A DNA stretch of 64,000 nucleotides from Nitrosopumilaceae archaeon (GCA_965208905.1 OZ242365.1:1280001-1344000); one strand, 5' to 3'; shown: positions 39,989-50,744, counted from the first letter of the stretch. Notes: generated by a model from the sequence alone, not told the origin. Program-made: numbers and translations.

Positions 39989-40987
39989 TTATGGACTTCC
40001 TGAAATCATGTATAGCCCCTCTAAATTATACCCATTTCGACCTAGATATCCCAAGGCATCTGCACGTTCAGCAAATACGTCTATCGAAGTACTTACTGTG
40101 TCAGTCGTAAAGTGAATGTTCTGTAATGCTATATCTATTATGCCATCCGGAAATGCCCGGCCCAGTTCAGACTCCACATACTTGTTAAACAACTCCCGCG
40201 CCTCTGTGGGGTTTTCACGAATCCAGTGTGCAGTTGAATTATGTGTCTTTAGCCATGCGGATACGGTCTCTGGATTCTCTTCCACAAACTGCTGTCGGGC
40301 TACCAACACTACTGATGCAAACATCCCGTCCTCCCATAGCTCCTCCTCATGGAATAGTCTATGACCATTCAACTCTTCCACAAGAATTGTGGCCCATGGC
40401 TCTGGCACCCAGGCTGCATCTATCTCTCCCTTTACAAAGAGCGTATATGTGTCCGGATTGGCAATATTTAGCACAGTCACACTTCCACCCTTTTCTGCTG
40501 GAACAAGATTGTGCTGTGCAAGATAGTGTCTTAGTGATATGTCCTGACTGTTTCCTATCTGTGGAGCCGAGATTCGAGTGTTATGCAAATCCGATGCTTG
40601 CGCAATCTGTGAGTCTGGGTGTATCACAAAGCTACTTCCGCCACTGGCAGCACCTGATATTATGCGAACCGAGCCGTCTGTAGACTTTAAGAATCCATTT
40701 ATGGCAGGTCCTGGCCCAACATACGCCATATCTATAGAACCCGAAAATAAGGCCTCTATGGCCTGTGGACCACTATCAAACAGTCTGACCTCCAGATTTA
40801 CTTCCTCCCCGATACTCCTCTCGAAAGAACCCATCTCCATACCTATTACGGGAATTGCATGCGCAACATTGGGAAAGAATGCAACTCGAAACCTATTCTC
40901 ATTGGAATCTTCAAGCATCGTGGCATAGACAGCTAGTCCCACCATAACTGCACCCGCACAAGCCATGACTAAAATTTTAGGTATCAC
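39989..40987 (-). CDS. ABC substrate-binding protein (aliphatic sulfonate/taurine type)
   Basis: FFPNVAHA, SGP..EAL..G.ID.AYVGPGP, PQIGNSQD, WVPEPW. Confidence 0.9.
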   Translation of the reverse strand: MIPKILVMACAGAVMVGLAVYATMLEDSNENRFRVAFFPNVAHAIPVIGMEMGSFERSIGEEVNLEVRLFDSGPQAIEALFSGSIDMAYVGPGPAINGFLKSTDGSVRIISGAASGGSSFVIHPDSQIAQASDLHNTRISAPQIGNSQDISLRHYLAQHNLVPAEKGGSVTVLNIANPDTYTLFVKGEIDAAWVPEPWATILVEELNGHRLFHEEELWEDGMFASVVLVARQQFVEENPETVSAWLKTHNSTAHWIRENPTEARELFNKYVESELGRAFPDGIIDIALQNIHFTTDTVSTSIDVFAERADALGYLGRNGYNLEGLYMISGSP

Positions 40988-41130
40988 ACATTAGGGGTGT
41001 GTTCCACTAATATAAAACCCCGAAGTCTTCTCCGGCAGCCCTACACTAGTCATTGATGGCCTTGTAAATCGAAAGTTAAATAATCTTGAAGAATAGTATA
41101 TGTTAGAGAAGATATTGAAGGGGTTTAGCT

Positions 41131-42603
41131 TTGAGTGGAAGATTTGAAAAACGCATAGCGGTGAGAAAGACCTTGGATCCTATGACTCGATCTGTGGATC
41201 TTGACGGACGTATCATAGATTGTAACGACAAGTATGCCCGTATGCTCGGATATATGAAAGACGAAGTTATCGGCATGTCAATCTTTGATCATACTCCGGA
41301 AGAGAGTCACGAGCGACTTAAAACCATATTTAACCAATGGAGATGTCATGAATCTGTCAACAATCGTCGATTCCCACTGATTACTCGAAGTGGTAATGTA
41401 TTTGATGTTTTAATAACAGTGGGGGATGTGGTTGGTAGTGATGGTAAACTGGTTCGAAGTCGTACAGTACTTTTAGACTATGAGGAAGTACAAAATCTGC
41501 AAGAGTTGGTAAAACTCAGCAAGTATGAAAGCTTGTATGAGCATTCACCAGAGATGTACAGAACTGTAAATACTGACGGTATAATAGTACACTGCAACAA
41601 CAGGTATGCAGAAAAGATGGAGTATGCAAAGTCTGAAATAATTGGCCGTAACCTAGTAGAACATACTGCAGACAAAAGTATCTCGGATATTTTAATAAAT
41701 ATGGCACAGTGGCGTTTTAGTGGTGTATGCCATAGTGGTGAAATATGGATGAAGCCAAAGACCAGCAAAGAGTTTCTTGCCCTAGTTACCCCTACTAATC
41801 TGTATGATGATGAGGGTGCACTGATAGGACGTAATGTAGTAATACAAGATATGACAAAGATGCAAGAGACGACACAAATGTTGGAAGAACGTCGCAAAAT
41901 TGATCAAATGAAAGATGAGTTTCTTACAGGGATAACCCATGAATTAAAGACTCCGTTAACTCCAATTATTGGATTTTCCCAAGCATTAGGAAAGCCAGGA
42001 ATGTTGGGAGACCTTAACAAGAGACAGGCTGATGCTGTAAATACAATCCTGAACAACGCAACTCATCTGAAACAATTGGTGACGGATTTATTAGACATAC
42101 ACAAACTGGAGCTCGGAAGAATGAAGTTCAAGATGACTGAATTTGATCTCAAAGATCTATTGAACAACGTAACATCATCTATAATACATGCTGCAAATGA
42201 AAAAAATATAAAGATCAAAGTTACATCCAAGACGAGAGGAACGATTGTCGGTGATCAGTTCCGTATAGCTGAGGTAATGACGAACATACTGTATAATGCG
42301 ATTGACTTTTCTCCCAATGATACTGGCAGAATAGAGATAATTGTTGAAAAAGAAGATGAAATGATAAAGTTCTCCATAAAAGACAACGGCGCAGGTATTC
42401 CCGAAGATAAGCAGTCCGAACTATTCAACAAATTCTATCAGATTGCCACATCTATGGAACGTAGGCATGGTGGGACTGGCCTAGGCCTCTCTATATGTAA
42501 AGGATTGGTAGAAGGTATGGGTGGAACCATCGGTGTTGTAAGCAAGATGGGTGAGGGCAGCACATTTCACTTTACGATAAACCCAAGAGGTGTAGAATCT
42601 TGA
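41131..42603 (+). CDS. Cytoplasmic double-PAS histidine kinase
   Basis: Two PAS repeats, HELKTPL, NAIDF, DNGAGI, GTGLGL. Confidence 0.93.
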   Translation: MSGRFEKRIAVRKTLDPMTRSVDLDGRIIDCNDKYARMLGYMKDEVIGMSIFDHTPEESHERLKTIFNQWRCHESVNNRRFPLITRSGNVFDVLITVGDVVGSDGKLVRSRTVLLDYEEVQNLQELVKLSKYESLYEHSPEMYRTVNTDGIIVHCNNRYAEKMEYAKSEIIGRNLVEHTADKSISDILINMAQWRFSGVCHSGEIWMKPKTSKEFLALVTPTNLYDDEGALIGRNVVIQDMTKMQETTQMLEERRKIDQMKDEFLTGITHELKTPLTPIIGFSQALGKPGMLGDLNKRQADAVNTILNNATHLKQLVTDLLDIHKLELGRMKFKMTEFDLKDLLNNVTSSIIHAANEKNIKIKVTSKTRGTIVGDQFRIAEVMTNILYNAIDFSPNDTGRIEIIVEKEDEMIKFSIKDNGAGIPEDKQSELFNKFYQIATSMERRHGGTGLGLSICKGLVEGMGGTIGVVSKMGEGSTFHFTINPRGVES

Positions 42604-42971
42604 AGATACTGGCCGTGGATGACAATCCTGATATCATCAAGCTTGTGCAATTAACGGTCGAAGTGATGGGCCATGAATTTGAGTCTGCTGGTGGCGGGGT
42701 TGAGGGCCTAGAAAAAATAAAAGAAACAAAGTACGATATGGTGTTTTTGGATTTGTCTATGCCTGACTTTACCGGTATGGATGTTATTGAATCATTGGAG
42801 AAAGATGGCACGATAAAAGATCAACACATCATACTCTTTACCGCCTCGTTTCTTGGAATGGGTGAGCTGGAAGAGGAGCTGATCAAAAAAGGAATTCACT
42901 CGGTTCTTGCAAAACCTGCAGATATCGATAAAATTATGGATAAAATCAACAGTATTGAAGCAATGCTGTGA
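42600..42971 (+). CDS. Single-domain response regulator
   Basis: VDDN, LDLSMP, FTA, KP. Confidence 0.93.
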   Translation: MKILAVDDNPDIIKLVQLTVEVMGHEFESAGGGVEGLEKIKETKYDMVFLDLSMPDFTGMDVIESLEKDGTIKDQHIILFTASFLGMGELEEELIKKGIHSVLAKPADIDKIMDKINSIEAML

Positions 42972-43041
42972 CTGTATGTCGGTGGACTGAAATACTTGAT
43001 ACAGAGGTAACTATATGAATTAGTAGTGTAATATTTAGACA

Positions 43042-44673
43042 ATGCATTGTACATGGATGTGCTCATCACTCATCTTATTTACACTTACCATATTGATCAT
43101 AATACCCGACACATATGCACAGATGTCTGAGTTGCATTCTAGTACCATATCGGTTACTTTGAACGACGCTGATACATACAGCACTCACAATATGGTGGTA
43201 TCATGCTCTGATTCAGTACTGGTGTATGGAATTAACTTGATCATACAGCACAATGATGCTGCAGACAGGTATGCCATACATGAGAATACTATACGACTAG
43301 GAGCACATACACTACAACATACAACATACATATCAAATAATCATAACACTGATGTATTGTTGTTTGGAGAGGTCATAACAGATTTAAGATACCCACTTTT
43401 GATACCAAAATATACGTCGCTAATTATACCTGTACAGGTACACGATGATACGCCGGGAAAACCTGCCAAGGCAGTATTAGATATTACATATGTATCTGAT
43501 CCTGAGGTACAATGTACTCAAGTAGGGCTTTATGGGCCTCAAAGGATTGGTTTTTTGGATAATGTGAACCCAAATAGTGTACATATAGACCGGCAGAGGC
43601 TAGAAGCTATAAATTTATCTGTAGACGACTACAATGAATATCTGAAAGATCTGGGAGAGGAGTGGTGGATAGATGTGGTCATTAAAGATAACAACTCTGA
43701 CACTGAAGTATCATTGATAAAGACTAGAGAGTTTCATGATGAAGGCATAGACATCATAATTGGACCGTCTGCAAGTAGCTCAGTCGCTGCAGTCTATGAC
43801 TATACTAAACGTAACGACATGTTACTGATATCATGCTGTTCCACTGCTCCCTCATTGGCCATACCTGATCATATATTCCGCATGGCCCCGGATGACACTA
43901 ATCAAGCTCAGGCACTAGCCGCCGTTATGACTGATGATGGAATAGATACGGTAGTCACCATATATCGAGATGATACTTATGGTCAGGGTCTTAGCGATGA
44001 GCTTGTAAATGCGATGGAACAGCGGGGTGGCATAGTTGCCTCTACAATACATTTTTCGCCTAATGTCGAAGATCTTGATGCAACATCCCTTGTCGCCCGC
44101 TTAGCGTCTGTAGTACAAGACCTGAGTGAAGTGAATGGTTCAGACAGGGTAGCTGTAGTTGCAATATCTTTTACCGAAATTACAGATATAGTGGAGGCGG
44201 CATTGGATTATCCAGTACTTAGTCAAGTACGTTGGTATGGTTCAGAATCTGTTGTCAATCTAAGAGATATGACCGAGGGTGAACTTGGTGTATTCTCAAA
44301 TACAGTAAATCTCAGCGGCGTGATACAACATGTCTCTCCAAACCCGTTGAATACACAGATAGAGAGTAAGATACGTATGCAATTAGACCTGTTGGAGGAT
44401 GAATCTGTAAACATATTCGCATACACTGCATATGATGCCATACTGGTATTGGGTAATGCGATGCTGACTACACAGAGTTCACAAACAGATTCATTGATAG
44501 ACGCACTACCTCATGTGTCTATGAAAACGTTTGGGGCGTCAAACAGTGTCCAATTTAATGAAAACGGGGATCTAGCTGCTGTCGACTATGGCATATGGAG
44601 GGTAATGGATGAACATTGGTCCCTGGTGGGCATATATACGCAATCATCAGATACAATAACAGGGTTGTCATGA
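43042..44673 (+). CDS. Secreted type-1 periplasmic-binding-fold protein (LivJ-like) with extra N-terminal domain
   Basis: Signal peptide; IIGPSAS, STAPSL, FRMAPDD, DDTYG, AYDA, FNENGD. Confidence 0.85.
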   Translation: MHCTWMCSSLILFTLTILIIIPDTYAQMSELHSSTISVTLNDADTYSTHNMVVSCSDSVLVYGINLIIQHNDAADRYAIHENTIRLGAHTLQHTTYISNNHNTDVLLFGEVITDLRYPLLIPKYTSLIIPVQVHDDTPGKPAKAVLDITYVSDPEVQCTQVGLYGPQRIGFLDNVNPNSVHIDRQRLEAINLSVDDYNEYLKDLGEEWWIDVVIKDNNSDTEVSLIKTREFHDEGIDIIIGPSASSSVAAVYDYTKRNDMLLISCCSTAPSLAIPDHIFRMAPDDTNQAQALAAVMTDDGIDTVVTIYRDDTYGQGLSDELVNAMEQRGGIVASTIHFSPNVEDLDATSLVARLASVVQDLSEVNGSDRVAVVAISFTEITDIVEAALDYPVLSQVRWYGSESVVNLRDMTEGELGVFSNTVNLSGVIQHVSPNPLNTQIESKIRMQLDLLEDESVNIFAYTAYDAILVLGNAMLTTQSSQTDSLIDALPHVSMKTFGASNSVQFNENGDLAAVDYGIWRVMDEHWSLVGIYTQSSDTITGLS

Positions 44674-45335
44674 TGGACACAAACGATATATCCAAAGAAC
44701 CACTAAACATACTGTTCAATCCGGACACCATATCAAAAAAGAATGTATGGGATATAGATCTGGCGGAGATTTTAAACATGTTGTCTATGCTACTGGAGAA
44801 AAAAGAGAACAAGGATCTTCAAGTAGCCGGAATAGCCGCCCTGTCATCCTCTCTGATATATAAGATGAAGGTGGACAGTATATTTGCTCTTCAGGCAGAG
44901 GCCATGGCAAAAAAGCCGCCCCCACAACGTGTACACATGGATATACAGACAATACCTATGCCGTATAGGCATCAATCTACATATGCAGTATCTGTTGATG
45001 ACCTGTTAACACTATTACAGAATCTGGTTGTATCCATGGCAAATCCCCGGAACCACCGATCTGGCGCACCAAAAACTACCATTGAACCAGCTTTTGATAT
45101 TGAGGATCATCTACTATCGTTGGAAAAGATCATAGGCCGGTACCAAGATCTCATTCTACTAAAGATAAAAGATAACGACCGTGTCAGTCTTTATGATATT
45201 GTAACTGGATTAGATTCGTTGGACTCCATTAGGTGCTTCTTTGCAGCACTGTTTTTGGCTCGGGACCGGCAAGTAGAGTTGGAACAAAACGGTGAAGATA
45301 TCATGATAATGTTACCAACAAATGATATACAATAG
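44670..45335 (+). CDS. scpA: Segregation/condensation protein A (kleisin)
   Basis: VWDIDL, IYKMK, CFFAALFLA...LEQ..EDI. Confidence 0.85.
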   Translation: MMDTNDISKEPLNILFNPDTISKKNVWDIDLAEILNMLSMLLEKKENKDLQVAGIAALSSSLIYKMKVDSIFALQAEAMAKKPPPQRVHMDIQTIPMPYRHQSTYAVSVDDLLTLLQNLVVSMANPRNHRSGAPKTTIEPAFDIEDHLLSLEKIIGRYQDLILLKIKDNDRVSLYDIVTGLDSLDSIRCFFAALFLARDRQVELEQNGEDIMIMLPTNDIQ

Positions 45336-45489
45336 ATTGGTACTGATGCCACATAATTATATTTGAGAATGATAAAGCACAAGAGTCACACAAGGCATAT
45401 CACGTGGTTAAGATGACTGGTGTTCAGACACTCAACAGACATAAAAGGCAAATCGTTTATTATGTTAACTACGCTATCCATATTTAGAT

Positions 45490-45879
45490 ATGAAGATACT
45501 CATCATAGATGATAATACAGACATACGAATGTTGTTAGAGATGACCATTAACGCGATGGGTCATGAATTTAATTCTACTCCCAGCGGGTTGGAGGGTTTG
45601 GAGATGATAAAGAGAGAGATATATGATCTTGTGTTATTGGATTTGACCATGCCCAACTTTTCTGGACTTGACGTTTTAAATGCCTTAGATGAAGAAGGAT
45701 TATGTACTCGACAGCCAATAGTACTATTTACTGCATCATTATATCTTAGCACATCCGATATGGAGGAAAAACTCATGAACAAAGAAATCCATTCTATACT
45801 GTCAAAACCTTCAGATATTGATCAAATAATGCAAAAAATAAACGAAATACAGGCAGAGTATGAGTCTAAAAATAAATAA
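45490..45879 (+). CDS. Single-domain response regulator (paralog of 42600-42971)
   Basis: IDDN, LDLTMP, FTAS, KP; colinear similarity to the upstream regulator. Confidence 0.92.
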   Translation: MKILIIDDNTDIRMLLEMTINAMGHEFNSTPSGLEGLEMIKREIYDLVLLDLTMPNFSGLDVLNALDEEGLCTRQPIVLFTASLYLSTSDMEEKLMNKEIHSILSKPSDIDQIMQKINEIQAEYESKNK

Positions 45880-46836
45880 CATATCGAAAGATGGAAATGT
45901 GCTGTGACTAGGTATGAAAGCCTCTCAGACACGATCTAGAACCATTTGTGAAGAAAATTACTAATCTAGTTGGTAAGCTTTGACTTTGGCGGTCATATCG
46001 TATAGCATGCGGAAACACAACAACAGACATAGTATCATTCTAAAATCCGTATATAGCCACAGTGTGGAATGTCTGTGTATTTGATAATGTTGATCGTTTT
46101 CAAGATGTTTGCTACAATGCTTGCCGGTAATTTCCCACAACGTATTGAATGTGATGATCTGACCAACCCATATATAACAAAAAAGATAGGCCAGGAGAGA
46201 AAAAACCTAACAAGAAAACAGCCAGGCAACTGCAAAACATAACCGGGAGTGAGTACTCAAAGATATGTCTGACTATGCTCAAAGGGCTGAATCTACAGTT
46301 CTCTGACAAGATCATACAAAGTGGAATATAGGCGACTTTTATCGATTTATTGTATCCATATGCACCAACGGCAAAGCAAAGAATACTGGTGTGTGACAGT
46401 ACGAGAGTAAAAACAGAGTGTGGCGTAGTTGCCCAGTAAAAGATCACTCTACAATAAAATCAAATACACTACATGTTAAACTACCATGTATCTATGGTGT
46501 TGCGCATGGTAAAACACTCCAAGCGATACGGCTATCATGCAGTGCAGTCGATGATCCATCGACATACATAACATACCACTGTACGCCAAGACCGCTTGGG
46601 CTTGCCATACGGGGCGGGATTAACCGTCTGGTCCTTTTGTTTGGATATGATCTTTAGATTCATATAGCGCGCTACATACTTATCAATCTGACTGTCCGTA
46701 GGGGTCCGCAATGCCGACTCGCAGTAAAAAGGCATGCGAATTATGAAACTCTCCGAATTCAAAAACATTTGTCTGCTATTGGAGTGGACCCCATAGAATG
46801 TTACTGTTTTCGGCATGATTTTACATACATCTTCCA

Positions 46837-47694
46837 TCATTTATTTGTCATCTCCAACTGTTCGGCAAATTCTACTGGTGTCATGTATCCGATAGAGGAA
46901 TGAATCCTCTCGGTGTTGTAATCTACAAAGGCCTTTGCAATGATCGTCTCTGCCTCCTGATAGTTCGCAAACTCGTGCGGCCAGATGTATTCCTTTTTCA
47001 GCGTCTTGTGAAATGATTCGACATGTCCGTTCTGCTCCGGCGTATTCTTGTAGATGAATTCATGTTTGCCGATGCCAAGGGCCTGAACCGCATGTCTAAA
47101 GTCGCGGCTCGTATACTGGTTGCCGTTGTCCGTACGCAATCGTAATTGTGAGCAGTCAGGTTTCTCTGCGGCAACCGCGTTGGTGATTGAGGTGATTGCA
47201 ATGTCTCGTGTGGCATTGACATCAAACGCGTAGGCGATCCACTTGCGCGTAAAGCAGTCAATTACGTTGAAGCAGTAGCACCAGCCGTCTATACCGCACC
47301 AGATGTATGTGATGTCCGTCTCCCACAACTGGTGTGGGGCTTTGGGTTTGAAGAGCTTTTGACCCGCTCGAATGATGTCGTTTTTGGTATTTTGTGGCTG
47401 GATGTAGCCCATTTTGCGATATATCCGCTGTATCTGCTTGCGGTTCACCACAATTCCCGTATCGCGCGTTATCTGGGCCGCCATGCGCCGTGTGCCGTAC
47501 GTGGGCCTCTTTCTGCTCGTATCTAGCACAGTGCTCAATATATCCGGATTCAATCCCATGTCTCTGGGCTTGGGTTTGTAGTACCATTGGCGCCTGGATA
47601 CGCCCGCATACCCTAGCGACTTGCGCAGGCTCAAATGTTGTTCCTGCATGATTTTTACCGCGTTCAATCGTTGCTTGCCTCCAAGGTTTTTTTT
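46837..47694 (-). CDS. IS3 OrfB (rve DDE integrase), likely reached by -1 frameshift
   Basis: YGTRR, WETDITY, TDNGNQY, NGHVESF, YN..RIHSSIGY.TP. Confidence 0.92.
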   Translation of the reverse strand, partial: KKNLGGKQRLNAVKIMQEQHLSLRKSLGYAGVSRRQWYYKPKPRDMGLNPDILSTVLDTSRKRPTYGTRRMAAQITRDTGIVVNRKQIQRIYRKMGYIQPQNTKNDIIRAGQKLFKPKAPHQLWETDITYIWCGIDGWCYCFNVIDCFTRKWIAYAFDVNATRDIAITSITNAVAAEKPDCSQLRLRTDNGNQYTSRDFRHAVQALGIGKHEFIYKNTPEQNGHVESFHKTLKKEYIWPHEFANYQEAETIIAKAFVDYNTERIHSSIGYMTPVEFAEQLEMTNK

Positions 47695-47954
47695 AAAGCG
47701 TCGTTTGCGATTGTCAGATCCCCTATGATTCGCTTTAGGTCGCCGTTCTCCTTTTTGATGGCCTTTATCGGATCCTTCTTTCCGTGATGGGTCAGTCCGG
47801 ACTTGCCTGCGTCCATGAACTTTTGCCGCCAGGCTTGAAACGTTTGGGGATGAACGTTGTGCTTGCGGCACAGCTCGGCCGTGCCAATATTGGTCTTGAT
47901 TGATTCCAAAACGATCTGGATCTTTTGGTCTGGAGTAAACTTTGTTCTTACCAT
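47664..47954 (-). CDS. IS3 OrfA (HTH + zipper)
   Basis: FTPDQKIQIV..ELCRKH..W; A8 run (T8 at 47687-47694) at the orfA/orfB overlap. Confidence 0.9.
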   Translation of the reverse strand: MVRTKFTPDQKIQIVLESIKTNIGTAELCRKHNVHPQTFQAWRQKFMDAGKSGLTHHGKKDPIKAIKKENGDLKRIIGDLTIANDALKKTLEASND

Positions 47955-48444
47955 GGCATCATCCCTCCCATTACGACTTTAAGCTGTATGAACGTGAGTG
48001 TTCTCATTCTAGCGGGGTCCCCACCAATACAGGCACAATCTGATTTGCGTTTAGAATGCCTTCAGACAATTTCGGAGACTTATGTTAACTCTACTGACAA
48101 TACTCTTGACAACATGTTTAACATTATTGAGGAAGGCCGTTTAACTGGTAATACAGCGACTCATGCGTTAATTATTGGTCAAACACGTGTTATCATAGAC
48201 AGTACAACTAGTCTTATCCTTGCCGATTTCTGTAGCTCTTTCGGATAAATGTATGTTTTATCTTAGTGTTTTGAACAATGCCTTCTGGGGTAGTGATACT
48301 TGCATACAATCATGTTATGACATCAGGCCCATAAACTTGACAGTTCCTAGAAGCACGTATGATAACTTTTAAAGTGTAATATTATACGAATAACCAATGA
48401 AAAAAATGACTATAGTTAGGTGCATAAATAACCCGACACCAGTT

Positions 48445-49452
48445 TTACACCGGTAGGATTTTGTCTAAATTTCTGAACAGAATGCTGCGCGGATCAAACT
48501 TTATTTCCAGCGACTCGTATATCCGCATGATTTTCCTCCGGAAATATCTCTTGGCAGGTCGCTTGAAAGTCCGCCGTATCCTTGCCTTGCCGTTGAGCCA
48601 CAGCCATTCGGCCGGATTCAGAAATGGTGAGTACGGCGGCAGAAATATTAGTTTGATGAAATCACTATTCTTTTTCAAGTATCGCTTTACGCGGCTAGAG
48701 TTGTGATATGCAGCATTATCCAGTATTACGGCAACCTTGCCGAACCGTTTTTTCGTCTTGTTCAAATATCTGATAAAGGACCTGTCGTTGGCCTTGCTAG
48801 CGGCCATATAGCATGTCTGCCCATCTAGCGTGATGCCACCGTATATGGTCTGGCGCTGGTTGCCGAGTGGCGTTTGTACCGGTATGGCATCACCGCGTGT
48901 ATAGACTGCGCCGCTGCCAAACATACTTAAATTTTGGTGGCTTTCGTCTACCATCACGAGTGTAAAACCGTCCTTTTCAAACATTTCTGCCTCCTTTTTG
49001 GTGTCTTTCTGCCAGATTTCGAGATCTTTCCTTGGTGGAATTCGGTCGGATATCCGGGGAGTCTTCCGTATAGTGAAGCCAAGAGACCTAAGGATACGGC
49101 GCGCTTGTGATTCGCTGTATTTTATGCCGGTCTTTTTCTCAGCCAGTTTAACAAATCCGTAGGCGGTAAATCGCTTGACACCGTTAATTATGTTCTCTAA
49201 TGTGTGGCGCGGTACGAAAGATGGACGGCCAGGCCTCGCACCATCGGCGAGGCCATCCAGGCCTTTGTGGTCGTAGGCATTAAGCCAATCATATATGGTG
49301 CTACGATCGACACCAAGCACATCCGCTGCCGCAGAGATGGTATATCCTTTAATGCGCACCATGTTTACGGCTACGATACGGGCGTGCTGTGTCGCACTCT
49401 TAGTCTGTTTTAGGGCAGCCTTTATTTTTTGGGCATTAGTTTGGTTATTCAT
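48445..49452 (-). CDS. IS630-family transposase
   Basis: HTH, RPGRP, VDES, LDNAAYH, LPPYSPFLNPAE. Confidence 0.93.
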   Translation of the reverse strand: MNNQTNAQKIKAALKQTKSATQHARIVAVNMVRIKGYTISAAADVLGVDRSTIYDWLNAYDHKGLDGLADGARPGRPSFVPRHTLENIINGVKRFTAYGFVKLAEKKTGIKYSESQARRILRSLGFTIRKTPRISDRIPPRKDLEIWQKDTKKEAEMFEKDGFTLVMVDESHQNLSMFGSGAVYTRGDAIPVQTPLGNQRQTIYGGITLDGQTCYMAASKANDRSFIRYLNKTKKRFGKVAVILDNAAYHNSSRVKRYLKKNSDFIKLIFLPPYSPFLNPAEWLWLNGKARIRRTFKRPAKRYFRRKIMRIYESLEIKFDPRSILFRNLDKILPV

Positions 49453-49526
49453 ATAATTAGTTAGTAATTTTGATCATTTATGTATTTCTAATAGAGTGTA
49501 GGATTATTTATGCTCCCAACTATATA

Positions 49527-50291
49527 ATGCTGGCATGCGGTATGATAGTATGTACAGGATTGCTTGCATGGTCACAGTCTAACAATGTGACAGCCGAGGC
49601 CAATACCACAGACGAGATTGCCATGAAGGGTTTTTCGCCCGATATACTGGCGCATAATGTAAAGTATGAAGTGGTAAGTGTTGAATCGTTTTATCACGAT
49701 ACAATTGAGTATCTGGATTACTATGGTACGGGATTTGTGTATGATTCCGAGCATATTATCACAGCAAGGCATATAGTTGAGGATGCAATAGACGATCCCG
49801 ATAATATTACTATCGATGTAACTACCGAATATGGCATAACATGTGTTGGCTACGTCATTGGCAGTATGGAAGATTTAGACATAGCAGTGATAAAATTATA
49901 TGACAGTCCTAATTGTTTTGATCTGAATGATGATGATCTGGAAGATGTCGACGATCATGGTTTAATGTCAGTGTCCGTATCGAGTCAGGGTGTGGATGTT
50001 GGTGACTGGGTTATGAGTGCGGGATATATAGACGACTATTGGCCAGTTTATACCGTTGGTGTGATAAGCCATACTGGTTTCGCAAGCGAACTAATATCTA
50101 CGGATGTTATAGTACATAGTGCTGCCTTGGGAGATGGTTCTAGTGGTAGTCCTGTCTATGATTTATACGGTAATGTAATCGGCATGACTTATGCTGGCTG
50201 GTCAGGTGAGCATAGAATATCCCTCGCTCACACCATACCAATAGATGTCGTATATGATGCCGTTGAGTTTATTATTAGATATTCGAATTAG
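49527..50291 (+). CDS. Secreted trypsin-like (HtrA-type, no PDZ) serine protease, very acidic
   Basis: GTGF, ITARH, DIAVIK, GSSGSP catalytic triad; start uncertain. Confidence 0.85.
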   Translation: MLACGMIVCTGLLAWSQSNNVTAEANTTDEIAMKGFSPDILAHNVKYEVVSVESFYHDTIEYLDYYGTGFVYDSEHIITARHIVEDAIDDPDNITIDVTTEYGITCVGYVIGSMEDLDIAVIKLYDSPNCFDLNDDDLEDVDDHGLMSVSVSSQGVDVGDWVMSAGYIDDYWPVYTVGVISHTGFASELISTDVIVHSAALGDGSSGSPVYDLYGNVIGMTYAGWSGEHRISLAHTIPIDVVYDAVEFIIRYSN

Positions 50292-50355
50292 GTAACTTTT
50301 CATTTTTTTATTTTTGTTACAGCCGATTAGGGACTTGACAGTGAAGAGTATACAA

Positions 50356-50547
50356 TTACGTCACTTTATCTTTTTCAAGAATCTTATATATCAAAGAGTA
50401 TATGTTAGTCAATGAACCAGCTAACAGTAAGGCAAGCGTCAATCCAGCAACACTGACCAACTCCATCTGTGTATCGCTGAGTTCGGGTAGGATGTTAGAA
50501 CCAAGTATGATAAAATATGCTGCGTATACAATGATCACCAAACACAT
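50356..50547 (-). CDS. Small hydrophobic hypothetical protein
   Basis: Two hydrophobic segments. Confidence 0.35.
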   Translation of the reverse strand: MCLVIIVYAAYFIILGSNILPELSDTQMELVSVAGLTLALLLAGSLTNIYSLIYKILEKDKVT

Positions 50548-50561
50548 TGCCTGTTTTCAAG

Positions 50562-50662
50562 TGGAGTGAACCCCTCGTTTTGATACCACTTTTTACATTA
50601 AATTCCGAATGATTCTAGCCGTCATTAATTTGTCATCTCCCACTGTGCGGTAAATTCTACTG
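50562..50662 (-). mobile_element. IS3 right-end remnant
   Basis: TGGAGTGAACCCC IR plus TCATTAATTTGTCATCTCCCACTGTGCGGTAAATTCTACTG matching the OrfB 3' end at 46837-46877. Confidence 0.8.
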
Positions 50663-50744
50663 CCTGGCGGGGAAATTACATAGGCGAGGGTCCAAGTGGA
50701 AACGTAGGTTAAGCTGAGCTCACATACCACTTTGGTACAGTTCA
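50663..50744. mobile_element. Orphan end of the IS6-like family seen at 5851-5965
   Basis: AGTGGAAACGTAGGT-N17-CCACTTTGGTACAGTTCA. Confidence 0.7.

Larger units (their letters stand above)
46780..48026 (-). mobile_element. IS3-family insertion sequence
   Basis: TG..CA ends: TGGAGTGGACCCCATAGAATG vs reverse complement TGGTGGGGACCCCGCTAGAATG; orfA/orfB; no clear TSD. Confidence 0.92.

Noticed and set aside
45990-46740. Short ORFs left of the IS3
   Set aside because: No recognisable motifs on either strand; probably decayed DNA
47695-47871. ORF-track N-terminus of IS3 OrfB
   Set aside because: Overlaps orfA upstream of the slippery site; unlikely to be translated in this frame
48325-48347. 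..TGACAGTTCC as another IS6-like end
   Set aside because: Only ~8 bp of similarity, with no partner end or subterminal repeats found
48410-49493. Exact IS630 inverted repeats and TA duplication
   Set aside because: Only a weak CATAAAT-containing match; ends could not be fixed by eye
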